64,000 nucleotides of DNA from an uncultured virus (IMG/VR IMGVR_UViG_3300022902_000012) (Duplodnaviria > Heunggongvirae > Uroviricota > Caudoviricetes), in the IMG/VR virus record IMGVR_UViG_3300022902_000012, positions 1 to 64,000 of that record; one strand, written 5' to 3'. Made by a program: the position numbers and the translations under genes. The notes beneath the pieces were generated by a model. The model was not told the origin of the DNA. It made no database searches and saw only the letters and a list, made by a program, of their open reading frames with translations. Below, piece after piece: positions 36,780-43,613 of the stretch. Position 1 is the first letter of the stretch. Each line of letters starts with the position of its first letter.

Positions 36780-37682
36780 TCACAACCAGAGCCACATACC
36801 AAGAAGCGTCAGCCCCGCCCCAACGGCAACCCCGAACAATACTCCCCAGACGGGACCAGGCACCCAGCTCTCCTGTATAGGTTCTCTCGGCGCCACCTTC
36901 TCGACGGTATCAGCGAGGCTCAATCCCCCTCCCTGAATTCCCTTATGCAGCTCTCTCTTGAAGTCCTCCACCATGGGGCCAATGATCCTTTTCACTTGTT
37001 CTCTTTGTTCAGGACTCGGTGGGAGTATCACCAGCTGGGTGTTATCAGGTGGGGGGATAACTCCCTTCCCCCCTTCGTAGCCTGCAGCAGCCAAAGCATC
37101 CAACTGCCTCTGCCTGTGCGGCCCATCCCCCACGAAGATACGGAAGTCAGGCCCTCCACCGATGCGGCTTCCCCTGCCCCCGGCCTGGATTACAGTATCT
37201 GGCGCCCCCACCCCAGGATCCAGGGCCACCCACTGAACGTTCGGGATGTCAATCCCTGTCCCCCACACTCGAGTCGCTACGGCTACCCAGGCATCCCCGT
37301 CATCCAGACGCTGCCGCATCCCCTCTCGCAGCACCTTGCTCTTGACCCGGGCATCACTCACTTCGATGACCCGGTCCCCCCGGAACCCCTCGATCCCGAG
37401 CAGCCCCAACCGTATCTTCAGCCACTGGGCTATCAGGTCCCCTGTCGGCAGGTCCCCCACCAACACCAAACCTGGCCAGCTCCCCTCGCTCAAAGCCACC
37501 AGCACATCCTTCAGGATGCCCTCCCAGGCGACATCCAGCCGGCCCTGCTCCCCCCACAGGCTCGACCCACTCGCCCCCTTCTCACCACCGGGCTCAATCC
37601 CACCGTCGTGCCAGTTAACAACAGCTCCACCACCCGCCAGCTGGATCTCCCTGTCCCGGGGGTTACCTTTGCACGGACCCAT
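36780..37682 (-). CDS. SF2 helicase C-terminal (RecA2) half with a hydrophobic C-terminal helix
   Basis: Motif V 'VATRVWGTGIDIPNV', motif VI 'IQAGGRGSR'; ends 'VWGVLFGVAVGAGLTLLGMWLWL'. Confidence 0.7.
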   Translation of the reverse strand: MGPCKGNPRDREIQLAGGGAVVNWHDGGIEPGGEKGASGSSLWGEQGRLDVAWEGILKDVLVALSEGSWPGLVLVGDLPTGDLIAQWLKIRLGLLGIEGFRGDRVIEVSDARVKSKVLREGMRQRLDDGDAWVAVATRVWGTGIDIPNVQWVALDPGVGAPDTVIQAGGRGSRIGGGPDFRIFVGDGPHRQRQLDALAAAGYEGGKGVIPPPDNTQLVILPPSPEQREQVKRIIGPMVEDFKRELHKGIQGGGLSLADTVEKVAPREPIQESWVPGPVWGVLFGVAVGAGLTLLGMWLWL

Positions 37683-37802
37683 CAGATTCCCAGCTTTCCT
37701 GTAATGTAACCTTCTCCCAACAATATCGTCACCTTACACGCCATCTTATACTCCCTTGCCCGAAAATCCCCAAATATAACAGCTATCCGATATCATTGTG
37801 GA

Positions 37803-37837
37803 AAACCTGTGGACAAAGGTTACATTTACAGAAACCC
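37803..37837. repeat. 35-bp inverted repeat, copy 2, with tandem DnaA-box-like 9-mers
   Basis: aaacctgtggacaaaggttacatttacagaaaccc; minus strand TTTTCCACA (37797-37805) and TTGTCCACA (37808-37816). Confidence 0.95.
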
Positions 37838-37870
37838 ACGTCACACCTTATGCGCATGTGCGCGATCCCC

Positions 37871-37918
37871 GGGACTACTACCTGCGGTAGCAGCCCCAGT
37901 AGTAGTACCAGTACTACT
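37871..37918. other. Two adjacent hairpins downstream of the 37914-38171 gene
   Basis: agtagtac-ca-gtactact (37901-37918) and ctacc-tgc-ggtag within 37871-37897. Confidence 0.45.
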
Positions 37919-38171
37919 CATCGGAGGAATCCTCTTTGCGCTCAGCCGGGACCCAGAGGTGGAATGTCATGTAGCTCGGGAGGCATCCTCCATTACTGAT
38001 GGCCCTGGCTGCCTTTTCGATAGGTGTTGTGTCTTTGTCGGACGGGGACTGGCGGAGCAACACAGTGGCTTTTCCTTCCTCGCTCAGCCCCAGTCGGTCT
38101 TCAACAAAGGTCTGCTCAAGCAGGTTCTCGCACTCCAAGCACAGGCCATCTTCATCAAAGGTAACTTTCAT
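37914..38171 (-). CDS. Hypothetical protein between the two helicase halves
   Basis: 85 aa; ATGA overlap with the stop of the helicase N-half. Confidence 0.55.
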   Translation of the reverse strand: MKVTFDEDGLCLECENLLEQTFVEDRLGLSEEGKATVLLRQSPSDKDTTPIEKAARAISNGGCLPSYMTFHLWVPAERKEDSSDE

Positions 38172-40222
38172 GTCCTCACAACCTCCCCGCGGGCTAGGTA
38201 CCCACCCCGCTCCAAGTCAGCAATCTCGGCCACCCGTACAATAGGCCCCAGCGCGCACAGCATCAGGCAGTTCCGACCGTCTTGTCTCCCATCAGGAGTA
38301 GCTGTCAGGCCAATACGGCAGCGGGCCCTGAGGCGCCCCAGGACGGGCAAACGTGTATTACTCATGGCTGCATGGCAGTTATGGACTACAAATCCGTTAG
38401 CGGTGTAGGTGTGCAGCCCCTCAACCTCGAGATTGTAGACAAGACCGTCTGGGCACACCCTCTCGTATTCTTCAAAACTTCCTTGTTGGAAAACCTGAAT
38501 ACGATCCACCCGAGTCCAGCGAGGAACTTGTCTTTCTTCCGGTCCTGACCTCGCCTCTCTGAACTGTTGTGACTCTGGCCGTCTACCTCGATGGCTACCA
38601 TCAGATCCGGTTGGGCAATGTCGATCTTGTAATGGGTGGGATATCCCCTGGATTTCGGGCCCACCCCTTCTGGAAGGCCTAGTCTCGTCGGGACAATGTG
38701 CTCCATTCCCCAACCGAGTAAACCTGCCAGCATTCGTTGGGGGACTGTAGGTTCTCGTCCGTTGCCCCCCCTCTCGACCCCTTCCGGCCAGCCCCTCTCC
38801 CTCACCTTGGCGGTCACCAGGGCGCGAACCTTGGGATCCTTCATCGGGTTGTTCTTCCGCATTCGCTCGGATGACTTCTTTGACCACTCCTCGCGATGCT
38901 CCTCCCGGGTTCTGGCCCACACCTTCACTCGGTATTCCTTGACACATTGAACCGAGCAGTAACCCCCCTTTCCTCGGGAAAGTTGGTAGAGGGCAGACGG
39001 GCCCCGACTCCCCTGACAGATAATCCCCTTCCCGCAGTTTATGCAGTTCGTCTTGACTCTCTTCCTTCGTTCTTCCCTCCTCGTCAATTTGCATGTTTGG
39101 CAGAACAGGGATGCTCCGTTGTGATGTCTTTTCTTCCCTGTCTCCTGTCCGCATCTGTCGCAGGTGCCGTCTATCGATCTCTTCTGATGACCTTTTACTG
39201 TTTGATTCTCCATGCTTTCTGTACCCCTCTGGTTTGTGGTAGGGTACAGTGTATAGCACTCTGTCGTTGCGAGCAATCGTCTTGGCTGGTATCCAGCCTC
39301 GTTGGGTGAAAACGGGGTGTTCCTCGGTGCAGATGAATGAACCATCCTGCGTGGTAATCTGGATCAGAGATGATGGGGCTTTTCTCACGAAAGTTCCTGT
39401 GACGGTCCTCCTCTCAAGATTCCCAGATGTCTCATTGTAGGCACTGACTTGGTCCCCGATCTCAATGTCCTCAATGGGCTTTCCGTCAACCAAGGTCCCT
39501 GCTGGGAAGCACTCATCAATCACAACGCCGTCCAGGGCCCCCACAGCCTCCCCAGCAGTCCCTACGGACATGCACTGAGGCACCCCCTGCCCAACATCCC
39601 CACCAACCACATCCCTCATCTCAGGGATCACCCTGTCAAACACCTTCTGGGTCTGCCGAGCCAGCTCCTGGTTCACCACCAGGTACCCGACCTTCTCTAG
39701 TCCAAGCAGCTCCTGCATGCACATAAGCAGCCCCGCGGCCATCACAGTTTTGCCACTGCCGGTCGCAGCTTGGATCACACACCTCCCCCACGGTGCACAC
39801 AACCCCTCCACGATCCCCTCAGCTTGGTAATCACGCAGCGGCATCAGCAGCCCTTCATCCCGCAACGTCAGGACAGCTGACTCAATCCGCAGCTGAATCA
39901 GCTCGGGCAACCAGGGATTAACAACAGCCCCCCCAACACCCCGGAGCCGGAGCAGCATAGGCTCAGTCTCATGCACTATATGCAGCCAGCTCATCATGCC
40001 CACGGGTACCTGCCCACTCGACAGAGAGCCCGCCCTCAGCACCTCAAGGGCCCCCTGGACTTCCATAACCAATTCTTCAGTACTGACGCGCCCATCCCGC
40101 ATCTCCCGGGACCGATACCCCAAGGTCGTTCGCTCGTAGGCCGCCAACATGCTGACGAGGTTTGCCCTCCTACATCCCCCATGCCCCCAGGTATCCCCCA
40201 TCCCGTCGACCAGAACGATCAT
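38168..40222 (-). CDS. SF2 (DExH) helicase N-terminal (RecA1) half, intein-containing
   Basis: 'LRDYQ', 'AATGSGKT', 'VIDE|CH', 'IGLTATPDGRQDG'; ends at the interdomain linker 'GYLARGEVVRT'. Confidence 0.85.
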   Translation of the reverse strand: MIVLVDGMGDTWGHGGCRRANLVSMLAAYERTTLGYRSREMRDGRVSTEELVMEVQGALEVLRAGSLSSGQVPVGMMSWLHIVHETEPMLLRLRGVGGAVVNPWLPELIQLRIESAVLTLRDEGLLMPLRDYQAEGIVEGLCAPWGRCVIQAATGSGKTVMAAGLLMCMQELLGLEKVGYLVVNQELARQTQKVFDRVIPEMRDVVGGDVGQGVPQCMSVGTAGEAVGALDGVVIDECFPAGTLVDGKPIEDIEIGDQVSAYNETSGNLERRTVTGTFVRKAPSSLIQITTQDGSFICTEEHPVFTQRGWIPAKTIARNDRVLYTVPYHKPEGYRKHGESNSKRSSEEIDRRHLRQMRTGDREEKTSQRSIPVLPNMQIDEEGRTKEESQDELHKLREGDYLSGESGPVCPLPTFPRKGGLLLGSMCQGIPSEGVGQNPGGASRGVVKEVIRANAEEQPDEGSQGSRPGDRQGEGEGLAGRGREGGQRTRTYSPPTNAGRFTRLGNGAHCPDETRPSRRGGPEIQGISHPLQDRHCPTGSDGSHRGRRPESQQFREARSGPEERQVPRWTRVDRIQVFQQGSFEEYERVCPDGLVYNLEVEGLHTYTANGFVVHNCHAAMSNTRLPVLGRLRARCRIGLTATPDGRQDGRNCLMLCALGPIVRVAEIADLERGGYLARGEVVRT
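38386..39213 (-). CDS. Nested out-of-frame DUF559/Vsr-like endonuclease with Zn-finger and NUMOD-like regions, inside the intein
   Basis: 275 aa: CxxC motifs, 'GYCSVQC', 'RMRKNNPMKDP', 'YKIDIAQPDLMVAIEVDGQSH...DRKKDKFLAGLGWIVFRFSNKEV'; GAGGGG RBS. Confidence 0.85.
   Translation of the reverse strand: MENQTVKGHQKRSIDGTCDRCGQETGKKRHHNGASLFCQTCKLTRREERRKRVKTNCINCGKGIICQGSRGPSALYQLSRGKGGYCSVQCVKEYRVKVWARTREEHREEWSKKSSERMRKNNPMKDPKVRALVTAKVRERGWPEGVERGGNGREPTVPQRMLAGLLGWGMEHIVPTRLGLPEGVGPKSRGYPTHYKIDIAQPDLMVAIEVDGQSHNSSERRGQDRKKDKFLAGLGWIVFRFSNKEVLKNTRGCAQTVLSTISRLRGCTPTPLTDL
39248..39276 (-). promoter_or_regulatory. Putative internal promoter for the nested endonuclease
   Basis: TTGCTC (39276-39271), 17 nt, TACACT (39253-39248); 34 nt upstream of ATG 39213. 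Confidence 0.5.
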
Positions 40223-40503
40223 TCTGAGTCCTTAGTGATGGGATCAGGTTCAACGAACAGCATGCATCCGCAGTAACTCTTGCGAATCTTTTGCGGGTGA
40301 TACCCCGTCCCTTTGTCCTTCTTAGCGGGTGCAGCACCGGAGATGCACATCCCTTTGGGAAGTGTTGTCCAACCTCGATCACTCTGCGGCGGCTCGCCCT
40401 TGCGAGAAGGCTGGTCCAGGTGGCTATCCCGAGGATGCCCACAGCGAGCACAGATATTTTCGGGAGTTCGGTACTTATCTGACCAATGCGGCATCACTCC
40501 CAC
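40219..40503 (-). CDS. Small Zn-binding protein
   Basis: 'CARCGHPRDSH...YCGCMLF'. Confidence 0.5.
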   Translation of the reverse strand: MGVMPHWSDKYRTPENICARCGHPRDSHLDQPSRKGEPPQSDRGWTTLPKGMCISGAAPAKKDKGTGYHPQKIRKSYCGCMLFVEPDPITKDSE

Positions 40504-40886
40504 CTCCTCTTGGCGTCCCGCTTGTTAAAGCGTTTATCGAACCAGTCTATTTTGCGCCAACTCATGATTGCTCCTTAGCGGTGCCTTTTGCTTTATCCAT
40601 CTCTTGCCGCGCCCACCTGGCCCCGTCGAATTGGCCGTTGAATTTCCCAATGCAGTATCCGGCCCAGTAGCCCAGTCCGCCCACCGCAAAAAGGCTGATC
40701 AAAATAATCTCGCCCATGGCTACTCCTCCTGCTCCTTTGGGGTGGTTACCATTCCGAGGATCACCCTCAGAGCCTTCAGTCGGGCCTGTGGCCCACCGCG
40801 CTTCATGTGGCTATTCCAAGGTGACCGGAGGAACTTTTCGGTATCCTCGATCTCCTCGAGCAACCATTCGATGGCCTCGGGTTCCG

Positions 40887-41324
40887 TCACTGGCTCGGCT
40901 CTTTTTGGGTCGTTTGTGCATCCATCAAGCCCAGCCGGTTAGCCGCCTCCCGCACCTGGTCCATGTCCTTGCCGTACCCCCACGGATCGCCGTTGCTGTA
41001 CCAGAGGGGGAAGGGGCCAAGGTGGCTTGCGGTGAACGTCGCGCCGTCTGCGACATACCTGGTGAGGTAACGACAGAGCGCCAGGAGGGTGCCGCCCTCA
41101 GAGAATCCACGGGGGGACCATCGCCACCAGTAGCGGGTGAAGCAGGCGATGTGCTTTTTGGTGAACTTATCCACGAACCAAACGCGGCCCCGATCATCCA
41201 CGATGAAGCAGGACACTGATTGTTCATGGTGAAAGAACCGGCGGCCGCAGTTGGCGATAATGCGGATGAACTCATTCGCAATGATCGCCCTCGACTCCCT
41301 GCCTTCAATCTTTTTTTGACGCAC
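40887..41324 (-). CDS. Hypothetical phage protein
   Basis: GTG at 41324 after AAGGAG; 'IANCGRRFF', 'GRVWFVDKFT', 'GFSEGGTL', 'DPWGYG'. Confidence 0.6.
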   Translation of the reverse strand: MRQKKIEGRESRAIIANEFIRIIANCGRRFFHHEQSVSCFIVDDRGRVWFVDKFTKKHIACFTRYWWRWSPRGFSEGGTLLALCRYLTRYVADGATFTASHLGPFPLWYSNGDPWGYGKDMDQVREAANRLGLMDAQTTQKEPSQ

Positions 41325-42111
41325 TGGCCAGCTCCTTTGGGGTGGTTGGGGGCAAAGACTCTGAGGATACCCAGATGTCTCCCACCGAGCACCACCCACT
41401 GTGGTCTCCGCTCTCATCGTAGCCCCCAGCCTCGGACCACCCCCTCAGGAAGTAAGCAGGTCCCCCATCCCCTACACCAGGACACTCAGCCATGAACGAT
41501 TGGAGCAGCGCCACACCCCCGATCACAGGGGAGTACACCCCTGTCTGGAGATCCACAGCGGACCCATCGGCCGGCGGATTCACATAATCAGGAGGCACCC
41601 CTTCAGGCGGTTGTACAGCAAGTTGCTCCCGATCCATCTCAGATCCCTCTTCGTCTCCATCCCCCAAAAGAGGCTCACGGAAGCCATCAGGTCCAACCAG
41701 AACGGCTTGTTTAGCTAGCCCCAGTGCCCCGACACACATATCCACAAAAGCTTCGCCACTGTCCTTAGTCAGTTCCCCTCCTGCGTCAAGCTCAGGTTGC
41801 TCAGCAGGTTTGTCGCCGGTGAAGTAGGGCACCACTCGCTCGAGCCCAGTGTAACCTCCCTTCTTCTGGCAGGTGGCCAGCTCCTCAAGAGCATCTCCCA
41901 ACCCAGGCCCTGCGCCAATAAACGGGGAGGTCCTTGAGCTCTGAGCTCCCTTGGTCCCCAGGGCTCGAATGTTCCAGCACTTGTGGCCCTGCATCCAGTC
42001 TACAGAGATCGAGTCTCCACCGTTGCAGTCCACCAGATAGGCACCCACCCGGTTCAGCAGCTCCACCTCGGCCGCCCCAAGTACCAGTTCCTGCTCTTGC
42101 TGATCACTCAT
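41305..42111 (-). CDS. Hypothetical acidic protein
   Basis: MSDQQEQEL... with GGAGG upstream. Confidence 0.55.
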   Translation of the reverse strand: MSDQQEQELVLGAAEVELLNRVGAYLVDCNGGDSISVDWMQGHKCWNIRALGTKGAQSSRTSPFIGAGPGLGDALEELATCQKKGGYTGLERVVPYFTGDKPAEQPELDAGGELTKDSGEAFVDMCVGALGLAKQAVLVGPDGFREPLLGDGDEEGSEMDREQLAVQPPEGVPPDYVNPPADGSAVDLQTGVYSPVIGGVALLQSFMAECPGVGDGGPAYFLRGWSEAGGYDESGDHSGWCSVGDIWVSSESLPPTTPKELASASKKD

Positions 42112-42160
42112 GATTCCGTTATCCTCCACAGGGAATACTAATTTCCACAGGTGCATTGAA

Positions 42161-43606
42161 ATGAGTCTGTCTGGACCCGATAAACCCAACCCCCTCCTCG
42201 ACCATCCCCCCCAACCCCCCCGTCAGGAACCGGATGCCCCGGTCGATCCGGTGGCCATGGAGAATTACGTCCAGGCCCTGCTCGGCCACGACGGCTCTCT
42301 CCCCTCCACCAAGGACTTCAAGGCCTGCGTTCCCACCCACAAGCGCAGGGACGCCCGCATCTCCTGGGGCACCATGTGGGAGCGTACCTTCCCGAAGATC
42401 ACCAACGTCACCAAGACCATCCTCAGGACAGCTCCGCACCGCTGCACCCACAAACACTGGACCGCTGTCCTCGGTGCCGCCCTGTACCTCGATAACCAAG
42501 GCAAGCCTGTCACCACAGCCGCGGTCAACCATCACGCCCGGGAGCTGTACCCCGAGGACTGGCGCCCCCCCAGGACCAAAGCATCCTGGACCAACAAGGC
42601 AGCTCTCATCCTCGAAGAGGGTTTGTGGCATCTCGGCCTCCCACCTGTCAGGGTCATCCTTCATCAGTATCCGGCTGCCATGATCCCAGCCAACGAGATT
42701 GCCAAGAGCGCATCGAAGCTTCTCGACGACGCACTGAGGCTCACCAAGTCGACTGGCCTTGGCATACCGCCCGAACCATCCGAGCCAGGAGATGGTGCCA
42801 CAAGTGGCACACAAGTCAACCATAAACTCACACAAGATACCCAAGAACTCACCCCCCCAGAGGACCCGGCGCAGGCCATCGCCCATCAAGCCCGGACCAT
42901 GTCCTTGCTCCCTCGAGAACACTTTCTCAAGATGGCCACCGGCGCCGCGGCCGACTCCAAGGCCCGGCAGCTCGCCGCCTCTGAGACCACCCTCGAAATC
43001 GTCTCCAAGCTTGGGGACCTCTTGACCGGCCACCTGCTCACCATCTACCAGAAGGCCATCACGGAACCTGACTACTTTGAGGTCCCCGAGAAGATGACCA
43101 CCGGGCACATGGAGAAGCTCGCCAAGACGGCTGCCGCCCTCCAGTCGGCTACTGCCAGCGCGGTCCAGACTTCCCGTCAGATTGCTGGCGAGCCTACCAA
43201 GTCCATCCTGCATGGGCTCATCTACATCGCATCCTCGATGACCCCGGCCGAGAAGGTCTACTACCGAGAGACAGGCGACCTCCCTGCCCGTCTCCTCACA
43301 GGTGGCTCTCCCGACACCCACCCCGGCGCCGAGGACTTCGACCCGGGCGTCACCCAGCTTCCCAGCGGCGCACCTACCATCGTCGACATCCCCAACACCC
43401 CATCCCCGGAGGACGACCCCAGCTTCACGGCCAGGCCCACCGACCCAGACTATGTTACCCAGCTCGCTGCCCATGCCCTCCGAACACCGGAGGACCAAGA
43501 CCCAGTGCATCAGGCCGCACTGGCCGCGTCCCCCATCGTGCCCCAGACACCAGAGGAGGAAGAGATCCTGACCTCCCCGTCGGTCCTCGACCGATTCAAG
43601 AAGTAG
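42161..43606 (+). CDS. Large protein upstream of TerL, candidate terminase small subunit (start 42161 or 42110)
   Basis: Directly precedes TerL; helical core ending 'SRQIAGEPTKS'; Pro/acidic termini. Confidence 0.5.
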   Translation: MSLSGPDKPNPLLDHPPQPPRQEPDAPVDPVAMENYVQALLGHDGSLPSTKDFKACVPTHKRRDARISWGTMWERTFPKITNVTKTILRTAPHRCTHKHWTAVLGAALYLDNQGKPVTTAAVNHHARELYPEDWRPPRTKASWTNKAALILEEGLWHLGLPPVRVILHQYPAAMIPANEIAKSASKLLDDALRLTKSTGLGIPPEPSEPGDGATSGTQVNHKLTQDTQELTPPEDPAQAIAHQARTMSLLPREHFLKMATGAAADSKARQLAASETTLEIVSKLGDLLTGHLLTIYQKAITEPDYFEVPEKMTTGHMEKLAKTAAALQSATASAVQTSRQIAGEPTKSILHGLIYIASSMTPAEKVYYRETGDLPARLLTGGSPDTHPGAEDFDPGVTQLPSGAPTIVDIPNTPSPEDDPSFTARPTDPDYVTQLAAHALRTPEDQDPVHQAALAASPIVPQTPEEEEILTSPSVLDRFKK

Positions 43607-43613
43607 GCCCACC

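Larger units (their letters stand above)
38378..39511 (-). mobile_element. Intein (378 aa) in the DE|CH box of the SF2 helicase
   Basis: Starts CFPAGTLV, block B 'CTEEHPVFT', block F 'VYNLEVEGLHTY', ends 'VVHN' before Cys. Confidence 0.93.

Noticed and set aside
28889..37837. Transposon or IS bounded by the 35-bp inverted repeats
   Set aside because: No transposase, no target-site duplication seen, and the cargo is core replication genes collinear with the flanks
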